Part shown: piece by piece, positions 1 to 10,900 of the stretch | How positions within the stretch are numbered: position 1 is the stretch's first letter | Layout: every line of letters starts with the position of its first letter | Assembly: GCA_965644315.1 (NCBI GenBank) | Contig: CBFFRQ010000088.1 | Coordinates: forward strand, 1 to 64,000 | Reading direction: 5' to 3' | Length of the DNA stretch: 64,000 bases | DNA from: Caecitellus pseudoparvulus | Lineage: Eukaryota > Protista > Bigyra: Bicosoecida | The notes under the pieces: model-generated | What the model was told of the DNA's origin: nothing | Seen by the model: the letters and a program-made list of their open reading frames with translations, nothing else | Database searches by the model: none | Made by a program: the position numbers and the translations under genes

Positions 1-11
1 GTCCCATTGAG
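1..11 (+). repeat. Left terminal inverted repeat (partial)
   Basis: GTCCCATTGAG versus the reverse complement of 4988-4998 (GTCTCATTGAG): one mismatch. Confidence 0.75.
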
Positions 12-157
12 TGGTTAGGAGGGGTTCGTTTTTGAGCTTGTCAGGAGGGCATGTTGGCGATAGTTGTATGTGATAATGTACTGAGTATAAAATAACGAAT
101 GCATACATTATTTTTGTCAGAGTGTGCTTGAAAGGTTGGGTCTGTGATGCAAACTGG

Positions 158-170
158 ATGCGGAATTTGC
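158..170 (+). repeat. Subterminal inverted repeat, left copy (partner at 4801-4813)
   Basis: ATGCGGAATTTGC at 158-170 is the exact reverse complement of GCAAATTCCGCAT at 4801-4813. The copies lie ~165 and ~190 bp from their respective element ends. Confidence 0.55.
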
Positions 171-615
171 TTGCCCACGTTTGTAAAAGGAGGCTGCTGT
201 CTTATGTTCCAGTCTACTTGCGCGTATTCGTACACTTTCGTGATCCAATGCAAATTTTTATGAAGTGTGGGCCGAATTTCGAGGAATCGGGCCGTTTTGG
301 TGATCACCCTCTTTCGATTCGGGTGAGTTGTCTGTCGATTACGAACAGAGGGCCTGCGTCGTCATCGAGGTGCTCACAAACCCGCATTCGACACCGGCGC
401 AACCAGCACTCCAGCCCCCATGTGTCTTTCACAGTGTCGAACTACCGATCAAACGATCAGCGTCCCAGGGTTGCAATTCACAATTTTCACCTCGAAGGCT
501 TGCACTTCCCGCAAGGCGAGTTTCGCGGAAATCGAAATGAGTCTTGGTTGAGACAGGCCGAACAAGGCACTGTGAGAAAAGACTCCCCGTATTGTCTTGC
601 ACAGATCATACAACC

Positions 616-2349
616 ATGTCTGGCATGCAATTCCTGGTTTCCTTTTTACTGTTGCGCCGGCGGCAGCATGTCCGTAGGTTGCAAGCGCTCCAAGCACTTA
701 TTGCCACAGAAGCAGCACTGTTGCTGGCAGTGGTAGCAATGGCCGATGAAGATGGACACGAGCAGGCCGTGCCACTACCGTGCTTCGATGAAGACTGTGC
801 TCTGGAGGAGGGCGTGAGGGCCAGCGCACGTGGCCGCACCAATCCTCTTGCAGGTTTGGCATCCGGTGTGAGGACGTGGGTGGCACGGCAACATGGAGTG
901 CCTCTCGAAGAGCACGAGGTTTGCACAACCCCACATACGGTGTTGCAGTATACTATGAAGCAGTTGTGCTCTGTTGGTGTGAACACTATTTTAGCTCTAT
1001 CGGTGTGGTTCATGAAATCTTCTGCACCAAAACTCTGGTACAGGTGGGTCATGCATTCGATCCTACCCGTGGAAGTAGAGGCCCACGCTGTGGAGCTTGC
1101 AGGTGATGAACCTGCAGAGGAACCAGACTCACAAGAGCACAGGACCTGGCAGAGACAGCTTCGGCGCCACAGGGAAGACTGTCTGCACGAGCACTGCAGT
1201 CGCCTTGGGGCATGCGAGCGTCCCATGGTGCAGCAACAGCCATCAGTGGCAGACTGGTGGGGTGCTGTGGACTCATCATTCTGCGGCCAAGGATGCACTT
1301 TCAGTTGGCTGGAGGCTTGTTGCCTTGGAGTGCATTATATGTGCAAGGGTTTCAACATGAGAGCTGGACAAGAAGCGTTCACTGGGGCATCGAAGTCCAC
1401 ATGCAGTCGAATCCTAAAGGTTTTCTTGCGGTCTATCTCATCCAGCATGTTTGAACAGCAGGTGTACATGCCAGCACCAGATTCTGGGGAGTGGATGGAG
1501 AGTGTACGATTGAACTTTGCCCTGTCAGGCATGCAGCTGCCGTGCGTAGCAGGCAGCGTGGATGATACACATGTGCGTGCTTACATCAGTGAAGATAGTG
1601 GAAAGGGCGTATACATAAACAAGGATGGCGTGGCTTCGGTTAGTGCCCAGTGCATGGTAAGTGGCCACGGACTCTTCTGGCAAGCAGACATTGGGTATGC
1701 TGGTGCCGAAAGCGATCGGGGGAAGCTCATAAGGTCTCCCATGTTTGCGGCAATGGTCGGGAACCCAAGCTTACGTCCTTGTCCACTCCCATATACATTG
1801 GCAGCAGACTCGGGATTTCGTCCGGGGTACACATTCTTACTTCTTCCGTTCGACCAGCGGGACACTGATGTGGTGCAGCCGAATCATTTGGTGACAATTT
1901 TCCACGATGCACTTTTGCACATTCGAGTTAAGGTAGAATGTGCATTTGGAGAGCTCAAGAACAGGTTCCGCATCTTGAACAACACTGCGAATGGAAACCT
2001 TGGGCCAGCAGCAGTTGCACTGCGTCTACGTGTAGCTGTAGCACTGCATAACTTTGTACTGCGAGCTCTGCCATTGCGGGCATCTGTGTGGCATGCCCTT
2101 GATGTGACAGCGCCGGGGACTGTCTGGGGTGACCTGCTGGAAGAAGCAACGGCAAAGGTGGTAGAGGACTTGCTTGAGGCGCAGCCCCCTTCATGGAGTA
2201 TGCCGAGTGCCATGGGATGGAAGACGCAAGTGCTGGAGCTGGCGCTTGGCCAGCTTCCACCCACACCATCTTCAAGTATGCTGGGGTTCAGTATCGCTCC
2301 ATCATGGTGGGCACTGCCCAGTGGTGCCGCGAGAGAGTTGAAGAGCTAG
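616..2349 (+). CDS. PIF/Harbinger DDE transposase (DDE_Tnp_4/HARBI1-like)
   Basis: Motifs GSVDDTHV (cf. GAIDGTHI), GAESD, LAADSGF, RVKVECAFGELKNRFRIL and ALHNF, with an upstream HTH-like segment (AFTGASKSTCSRIL). First ATG at 616. The true C-terminus may be in the frame ending at 2444. Confidence 0.92.
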   Translation: MSGMQFLVSFLLLRRRQHVRRLQALQALIATEAALLLAVVAMADEDGHEQAVPLPCFDEDCALEEGVRASARGRTNPLAGLASGVRTWVARQHGVPLEEHEVCTTPHTVLQYTMKQLCSVGVNTILALSVWFMKSSAPKLWYRWVMHSILPVEVEAHAVELAGDEPAEEPDSQEHRTWQRQLRRHREDCLHEHCSRLGACERPMVQQQPSVADWWGAVDSSFCGQGCTFSWLEACCLGVHYMCKGFNMRAGQEAFTGASKSTCSRILKVFLRSISSSMFEQQVYMPAPDSGEWMESVRLNFALSGMQLPCVAGSVDDTHVRAYISEDSGKGVYINKDGVASVSAQCMVSGHGLFWQADIGYAGAESDRGKLIRSPMFAAMVGNPSLRPCPLPYTLAADSGFRPGYTFLLLPFDQRDTDVVQPNHLVTIFHDALLHIRVKVECAFGELKNRFRILNNTANGNLGPAAVALRLRVAVALHNFVLRALPLRASVWHALDVTAPGTVWGDLLEEATAKVVEDLLEAQPPSWSMPSAMGWKTQVLELALGQLPPTPSSSMLGFSIAPSWWALPSGAARELKS

Positions 2350-2464
2350 CCCTTCTGCACCTGCAAGCACCTGAACAGCCTGGGGCTGCCGGCGAAGGTG
2401 ATGAAGGGAGTGACTGGGAAGGTGACTCTGTTGGCAGTCAATAATGCAGTGTGTTGTCTCATGT

Positions 2465-4685
2465 TCATGACTGCATGGGTTGCCCAGCAACACTACGCTT
2501 CTTCAGGGCTGTAACCATTTGAAGTCGGGCGCGTGCGACCTTCAGCTCCTTGTCTGCGTCTGACAGCGGGTGCGGTGGCATGCCACGCAAGGTTGGAGGC
2601 ACACTTCCGCTGTGCAGCTGCTCCAAAACAGTCTGAACCTGCTCTTGCATGCTAAGGTCACCGTCAATGATGCTTAGGTCCAACCACCCCTGCACTCTTG
2701 TAATTACACCTGATATCGCTGCATCTACCGCACGCTCACTATGTGCGGCAGCAGCACCTGGTGCAGGCACCGAAAGCGAAGGTGCGGGCTGCTGCACTTG
2801 CAAGGACTGCTGGAAAAACTGAAGAAGTGAGGCGTCCTGTTGTGCTTGTCGTTCCCGTGCTGCCTCTTCAGCAACCTGTCGTTTCTCCAGCGAATCTGCC
2901 AAACGGGCAACGATGTCACGCATGCCTGCGGCTGGTGGTGACGTGCCAGACCCCAGGCGACCTCCATCCAGGGCTCCAGTTGCTTTTGCAACAGCAGCAA
3001 CACGGCTTCCCGTGCTCGTTCCACTCCCCGCACCTGATAGGTACTCTCCGCCCTGTCGCGGACTTTCAGTGGGCAACGCAGCGGGCCTGCCACTCGCCAA
3101 CAGCGAGGCTACTGTGTGTGATCCTTCAGATCTAGCCTCTGCAAATATCCCGTTGGTGATGTTGCGAGGCACTGAAGACATCGTTGCCTTTGGCCTGGCT
3201 TTGCCTTGGCACACGCTTGCATAATTCATCAGCTCGCCCGGAAGCAGTCCACCGTTCAGGGGTGGATAGCGCAAGTCATCAGTTGGTCCCACAGGCAACC
3301 ACATTTCCTTGTTCGTTACGCTACACCGCAGGCGCTGGAAGCGCAAGCGCGCAGCGGCGCTTGCGTTTCGTGCCCTGCTCCACCCCACCTTCGTGATGTC
3401 CCAACGTGTGTACTTCTTTCCATTTAAATCAAGAGAGGGAGCACCAGGGTGGCTAGGGGCTGTGGGTTCGCTTGCCCCCCCGCTTCCCGTCCTTCTGCCC
3501 TCAGACCCGTTGATGATGTCAACCTGTTTCTTCAACGTTTCGAGGCTGGCCCAAGTACCTGAAGCTGGAACCAGAGCCTCACGAAGGAGGCTTGAAACCA
3601 GGACCAAGCCTGACCACGACAGGAAGGCTTCTTGGGAATCACTACCTGGTGTTGAAACCAACACCATGTACTTTGAGTCGTCTCGCTCCGGCCATGGCCT
3701 TCCTAGCATGTTCGTGTCATGCTCCTCGAAGGCAGTGAGCAGCAACGGCAAGAATTTGTGAGCTAGGCTCTTGCCCACAATGCCACTTCGCATCTTGTTG
3801 CTCCCTTGTGTGGCAAAAGTCCGGAACAGGCTTCTGTCAGAGCCTTCCGGGCATGGCTCACCCGACGAGACAACACGACCCCCAAGAGATGAGTAGTCAA
3901 TGGTACCCTCACGAACACCCAGACGAACGATAGCTCCAGACATTCTCCATGCACTTGCTTTGTTTCCAAAGGCAGCCCAGGTCGACGACGGCATCAAGGT
4001 GGCGAACTCCTTCTTGTCAGGGTGCGTCTGCACCCCATTCTTGGACGGTGTTTGCAACAGAGCTCGATCAGTAGAGGCCCACGGAATTGGGCTCGCTGAG
4101 TCGAGACGCATCAACGCACGGGCAGGGGAAGTGGCAGCTGGTGTCGCGCCGACGGCACCAGCAGCACTCCGTGGTGGGGAAGGGCTGCCAGCTGTCCAGG
4201 ACACACCACCACTCTCCAAGTCAGGACTTGAACTGTCACTCTTGCCCTCATCACCACTCATGTCAACGACCTCGTCTGCGGGCAGAGTCAGGAAGGCGTG
4301 TTTGCGAGAAGCGTTTCGGAGTTTCACACAGCGGAAATGAAAACGAACCGAAAGCTTCCAGTTGTTCCTTAGCGTTTGTCTTCATCCTCCTGGCAATGCT
4401 TGCTGTAAGGGCAGCAATCCGGACTGGTCTGGTAGGCGTTGCGATGGCGGGTGATTCTTGCGCAGCGAGTTCGCTTCCTGGAGGCGTTGCAGGCAGCTCA
4501 AACACCCGTCCTGCTGCCCCGAGCCTCGCGCCCGTCCGCAGTCGGGAAGTCGGTGCGTTACCTTGAAGGAACTGTCGGACCAGTGCATGTGTGTCCGCTT
4601 GCGAGCCTTCAACTGCGGTTCTTTTGCCACTCGTCGGCGCATCTGCCTGAACGCGTGCATTCCGGGGGCGCTTGCGGCCAGACAT
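2465..4685 (-). CDS. Harbinger ORF2, putative divergent Myb/SANT-trihelix DNA-binding protein (~715 aa, one intron)
   Basis: ORFs 4263..4685 and 2465..4327 are joined in frame by intron 4276-4348 (GTTCGT...CTGAC...CCGCAG). N-terminal NLS-like RKRPR, a W-x-x-L...RRTGSGG segment like the end of trihelix domains, and a C-terminal coiled coil. Position is as expected for a Harbinger second gene. Confidence 0.72.
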
Positions 4686-4932
4686 GGCAGCAAATCATTC
4701 CAAGAGTATGCTCACAACTTACTGTGAATAGTTTAAAAGTAGAGTTTGATATCCATATCTGCACTGCTCGCCATGGTACACAAACCACTGCCAGCAAGTG
4801 GCAAATTCCGCATGCTAATAGGCTCGATAAACAACGCTCTGTTGCACACGACAGAGCGGCCGTTCAAGTCTAACATCCTCTGTTAGTGTCAAGGTGACAA
4901 AACATGCTGCCTGCAGCACTTTTCCGTGAACT

Positions 4933-7900
4933 TCAAAAAATGCATTCTCGTTTCACAGATTTTCTCGATTCAGAGGCCTCCGCTGGCCTCAATGAGACAC
5001 GGCCCAGCGTCACCCACAAGCTGCACTCCTCCAGGCGGTTGTAGTAGAACTTCCGGAACGGTTGCTTGTACACCTGCACCATGATACCGACGATGACGAT
5101 GACCTGCGCTGCGTACACCTGCTGACTGACCGCGACGGGTGAGAGGAAGGTGATGGCCGTCGCCAGGCCCGCCTTCCGCAGCATGATGACCGCTTCCCAG
5201 TAGAACGCCTCCCGGCTGTACCCCCGCAAGATGAAGCCGAAGAGGTTCTGAACGCTATGCGACTTGAGCTTACGGCGAAGCCTGAAGAGTAGCCCGATGA
5301 ACAGCAGTGGGATGCCCAGCGTGAACAGCAGCAAGCTGGGGACGCCCAGCGCGCCTTGCCACACTTCGTGAGCTGGGTCGTCGCAGTCGATGTCCAAGTC
5401 GCCCACGAGGCGGTTGGACCTCGAGGACGCCCCATACGTGCGGCACATAAACAGTGTCAGCGCCCCCTGAGTCAGCGTCACATGCAAGGCGTACGCGGCA
5501 ACAGTCGCAGTCATGGCGAGGCGCGGCAGCAGCAGCGAGCGTGACAACTTGCCAGCTGCGACGGTGCCAAGCCAAAACACAGTGCCCGCCACTGCTGCGA
5601 TGCTGGGCAGCGCGAGCAAGGACACGATAGCCCTCGTGTAAACGAACGAGCCGTACGCGTCGGGCAAGGCGCACCTGGGTGCCAGAACGTCCCCTCCAAC
5701 CGTGGCAGCCAGGTCCATGGACTGCAGCAAATCGTTCATGAAGCCTGGCCAGGTGAACCTGAACCCCAGCATGAGGGACACTTGCTGGACGTGGTTCAGC
5801 GCGACTTTCTTTATGACCACCTGGCCGGACCGCCGCTCCGTGTCCACCGTGAGGGCGGACCTGACGAGGAAGGCCATGATGGCCAACAGGACGAGCAGCC
5901 CGGCGATGGCCTGCAGCACTCCAACGGCGGGATGTGGACACTGCACACACAGCTTCTCGGCGTTGGGGGCCCATCCTGCCTTGCAGCGGTTGCAGAGGAC
6001 GCCTGTGTGCCCAGGTCGGCATCGGCTCTGTTCCTGTGTGGTGTTGCTGCCCCCTTGGCAAGCAAGCGGGACGATGCAAGGGATTATGTCCACCCGTGTC
6101 GCATCCCAGGGGGTCACGGCGTGGCCTTGAGCGGCCAGCACTGTCGCAGCGCCGCCTCCACTGCACAACCTGACAGAGGGATTGCACTTGACGCACTGCT
6201 GCTGCGTGATGTGCCGGAAGTCAGCAATGTACGAGTCGGACTGGCAGGTCTCAACCGCTGGGCCTGCGGGGTCGCTCCATGGGCCCAGCTGTTCAGGGCT
6301 GTTCCACGCTCGCACCCACACCCAGTACGGCGTGTGGGCGATGAGGGTGGAGATGAAGAACGTGTATGAGGTGCCCGTAAGTTGGCACTGTGGCGAGGGG
6401 CACACGATGTTGGTCACATCTGCAGAGGCAGGCGGGCCTGCAATGGCTGCAGTTGCGGCTTCCAACGCTGCCTCTCCTTCTGCAATAGCCAGTTGCCAAG
6501 CGCGGGGAGCTTCAGCCGCAGCAGGCAGGTCGAATCTTGCCTCAGCTGTGTTGAACGCGTCGGGGTTGTCTCGCGAAACTGTCAGCCCTTGTGGCACGAC
6601 AGTGGGAACACCGTACACTGGATACGCCAGGGTTTGCGCGGCTTGCGTGCTGCCGACGACATTTGTAGCGGTGCAGGACAGATTCGACGCCAAGCCACCT
6701 GGAATTGACACGCGCTGCGGCATGGTGCAGAGCAGTCGCGTGTCGTCGTCGAACAAGCACACGGCTGCAGCTCCTGCAACCTGAACCTGCAGAAAGTCCG
6801 CTGCCTCCCACCCGAAGAATGCCCCTTTCAAGGTGAAGCTGCCGCCCTCCTCAAGCGTTGTTGGCACAATGCTGTCGATGCGTGGGCGGTCCAGCACCGC
6901 AAACGTCACCGCTGTCGCGAACTCAGCAGTCTGCCCGCCGATGCTGAGAGACTTCAGCGAGCTGCCCGGCTGCCATGCGGACCCTTCCTCGAGCGTGCAC
7001 CACATCGAGGTATCTGTGATATTCACGGCACGGAGGCTGGCACCTCCCAGGTTCAGCTGCACTTGGTCCGCCCATGTGCCGAAGTTGACGCCCCGAAGCT
7101 CGAACATTCCCGCGTCTCGCCCGGGAACCACAAGTGTAGGCGAGAGAAAGTCGACGAATGGCGTGGGGTAGAAGAAGACCCCCTCAGCAGTGTCCGAAAG
7201 GCCTCCTCGCGTAGTGACGGTGACGGGCAGGTCATCCCCGACAAACGGGGGCAGCTCACACCGCAGCTGGCGAGAGTTCAGCACCCGGATCCCGGAGCAC
7301 TGTGTGCCGTTGGCTCCAAGGGAGATAGACAGGACATCCCCCTCAAGTCCCGTGGGCGCCAGGTCAAACCCCTCGATGGTGACGTTGGTGCCTGTCAAGG
7401 TGGACAGCTGGGAAGGGAACACTTTAGCAACTTGGGGCTTGCCGATGAAGCGCAGCGCTCGTGGCATGAACGCGAGCTGCCCGCCAACTCGCAAAGCCAG
7501 CTCCCACTCGCCAGAAAGCAGCACGGACGTGTCTTCAATGCGTGCGTCGACGCAAGTGCCGTCCAACCCGATGAGGCTCGTCGATGCTTCTGCGACCGAC
7601 AAGGAAATGTTCTGCACGCTCAGGCCAAACGCAACACCACACACACGGAGTTCCAGCGTGCCTGGAGCTGCTGTGATGAAGGTTTGGTTCGGAATGACAG
7701 AGAGAATGTCTGGAGCCTCGTAGTCCACTGTGCCAGCCACTGTGTGCCCCGAGGCCAAGGAGAGGACTACAGGCACGCTCTCCCCAACACACTGAGGCAG
7801 TGTGCACTTTATCGCTGACGCGCTCTGCCACTCAGGGTTGAGGCAGGAGCCGCACTGACCCAACGAGACTGACAAGACATCAGAGGCGCGCGCGCCCAAG

Positions 7901-10900
7901 CGCTGGCCTTGTAGGAGAATCTCAGTCGGCGTGGTGGTGCTGGGGGGCAGCCCATCTAAGGTGGACACACCCAATTTCATGCCAGCCGTTGGGGCTGGCA
8001 TGGCGGTGAAAAGGTCGGAAGTCACTTGCTCCCCCAGCACGGTCAAGTTCACGCCCGCCGCGTCCTGGCGCATGAGGCTGGCTGGCAGCTCAGCGCAGTG
8101 GAGGGTCCACTGAGTGAGCTTGTTCCCCTCAAGGCGTAGGCCGCCGCAAGGTGCACCTGCAATCTCGGCAGAGGTGATGTTGTCAACGTGCTTCCCGAGG
8201 AAGGTGCCTGTAATGGACACGTTGTACGTCAGTGTGCTCTGTGGGGCTCCGACCTGCAGCTTTTGCGGCGTGACCCCCTCAACACTGCTGGGAGCGTACT
8301 GCAGCGGGGATTCCACAGATTGATATGCAATCGTTATGCTCAGCACCTGGTCTCGCTCAAGGCCTACTTGCTTGTGAGGAGTAACGAAGCTCAGGGTGGA
8401 ATCAGAGAACACTGCGTCAGGTGGCCCAAGCACTCTACAAGGCACCTGCCCGACCTGCACAGTGACATCCTCTCGTCTAGCGCCAAAGTGAGCGCCACTC
8501 ACCCTCACAATTTGCCCCCCAGCAGGGTCCAAGAGCTGTGGATCTGCAAGCATCTGGGATGTGTCGAGCCCCACAAAGTCAATGCGAGGCGGGGAGACAT
8601 GCAGGATGGGCGGGGATTCCACTTGGGATACCCACGCCTCTCCCTCACTGAACTCCAGGCGAAGAGAATTGTTCATGCCCACGACTGGGCCAACATCGCA
8701 GGTGAATCGGCTCCAATCCTCCCACCTGGGACTCAAACAAGGAACGCCAGCAGGAAGCACTTCTGCGGATGGGGTGCCCCACATTGCAAGCCAGTGAAGC
8801 TGGCCAGTGGCAACGATTCGGCCGCCACGGGCTGCGAGACGCCCGCCCCCTTCAGCCTCGACGAGGGAAATGGACGCGGTGGGCCTCCGCTGCCACCACA
8901 CAAGTTCACGTGGGTCGAACGTGCACAATGCAAATCCGCCCCAGTTCGCAGTGACACCACCAGGACAAGAGTCACGCATTGTCACGGGGCCGGGCCCAGG
9001 CGTTGTGATGCTGCCAAGCAGCTGGCTTCCCTGCGGCTGAATGTTTGGAATGGCTCGTAGTTGCCCGGCGAACCGTGCGTCCAGGTCAAATGGAAGCGTT
9101 TGCAATGACGGGTGCAGAAACCTAGCTGCGCTCACCATCAGACGGGGCCGGCGAAATGATATGTACGAGTCAAGCGTAATGTGTTCTGGTTGTGTTCCGT
9201 ACAGGTCAGCAGTGCCCAGCCCAAGCTGGCCGACTTGGTTCACACCCCAGCAGAGCGCACCTCCATCAGACTTCACCGCGCAAGTGAAGTCTCCGCCAGC
9301 AGAGACTTGACGGACACCCCCTCCAATACCCACAGGGCGCAGGCTGGCAGGCAGATCTCCAGCTGAGCTGCCGATGGACTCCGAGTCCCCACGGCCAAGC
9401 TGCCCGGACGTCCCCCGGCCCCAGCACACAACCTCCCCAGTTTCGAGGAGGATTCCGCAGACATGGCGTCGCCCAGCAGAGATGCTGGAGAAGTTCAACC
9501 CGCTCAAAGGACCATTCGGGTCAAACAGTGGAAGGTGGGCGCTGTTGTGGCCAAAATCATTAGCGCTGTTGCGACCCGTCTGACCGTGTACGGCGTTTCC
9601 CCAGCACGTGACGCGCGCCGAGACTGTCAGCACGCAAGTAAACTGGTCCCCAGCTGATACTGAAACCACGGGCTGGCCAACGTTGGTAGCGTGGCTTTCG
9701 TCAATGGGATACTTCGTTGTGCCATAGTTATTCGTATTCCCCATGCCAAGCGCGCCGTCTCGCCCCTTCCCGAAGCAGGACACAGCTTGAGTTGCGATGA
9801 TCACAGCACACGCATGCTGAGCCCCCACGGCAACGTCACTAACGTTCCCGATGGGGATCGGGGTGCTGGCGATGATAGTTGCGTCGCCTGGCGAGTTACC
9901 CAGGTGTCCATCCGCGTTCCGACCGAGCACTCCGTCCTTGTTCTCGCCCCAGCAGTGGAGTGAACCTGACGCGTGAATGGCACAGGAAGAGTAGTCTCCC
10001 AAGCTGAGCTTGGTATAGTTCGTGCCGATGTCTACTCTGAGTGTTGGACTCAGCGGGAAGGATTCAGTTCCATAGTCTTCGTCGTCATCGTAGCCGAGCC
10101 TTCCCCTGCCGCCATTGCCCCACATTGTCAAGCTGCCATCCGGCCAAAGGACACCTGTGGTCCTCTCCCCAGCTGCAAGATATGCAACACCGGGCCCGAT
10201 TGGAACAGCATTGGCCTCACTGAGACCTGTTGGAGTGCTTCCTAGGTCTTGAGTGGACCCGAGGCCAAGCTTTCCGCTCCCTCCTGAGCCGAAGCAGAGG
10301 ACAGACTGAGGGGATGCCAGGAGAAGGCACGCATGCTCGCCCCCTGCAGCAACTTGGATGACCGGCATGCGTTGCGACGCCTCGAACAAGGATGTCGCCT
10401 TGAAGATGTGCTGCAATCGCAGCGTCACCTGCTGCTTTGCCCAATCAGGCTTCTGTCCAAGTGACTCGACTGAACCGGTCCCAAGCTGGCCGTTGCTCGC
10501 GTCGCCGGCGCACAGCATTTCACTGTCAGACAACACGAAGCAGGTGTGTGCCACCCCGGCTGACACATGCTGCACCCTACCCCCAAAGTCCCACCTTGCT
10601 TCTGGAGTCACATGTCCGGGCTTGTGGCCAAACCGGTGCCTGTCGCCAGAGCCAAGCTGCCCGCTTCCGTTGTCTCCAAAACAAAGACAGGATCCATCGC
10701 TGCGTATAATGCACGTGTGACGGTAACCGGCAGAAATCTGGACGATATCAGTTCCAGCATCCACCTTTTCCTCCAAGGGTTCTTCATTGATCGTACTCAA
10801 CCCATTTCGTCCATCCTGTCCGTATTTACTCTCTCCTCCCCAGCAGGCGACCGTGCCGTCAGCCTTCAACACGCATGTGTGGTCCCGACCAGTGGCCACA

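Larger units (their letters stand above)
1..5004 (+). mobile_element. PIF/Harbinger DNA transposon (~5.0 kb, two convergent ORFs; first ~6 bp of left TIR lie outside the window)
   Basis: Contains a Harbinger-type DDE transposase and a convergent ORF2. The right end read inward is GGCCGTGTCTCATTGAG, and window bases 1-11 (GTCCCATTGAG) match its inner 11 nt at 10/11. The flanking CAG (5005-5007) fits the CWG 3-bp target of some Harbingers. Visibly lower GC than the host DNA, and the host ORF loses its family pattern exactly at 5004. Confidence 0.9.

Noticed and set aside
1-5004. RNA-guided nuclease cargo (Fanzor/TnpB) or guide RNA in the transposon
   Set aside because: No RuvC or zinc-ribbon motifs are visible in either ORF. 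Only a short hairpin (~304-326) is present, which is not enough to call an ncRNA.
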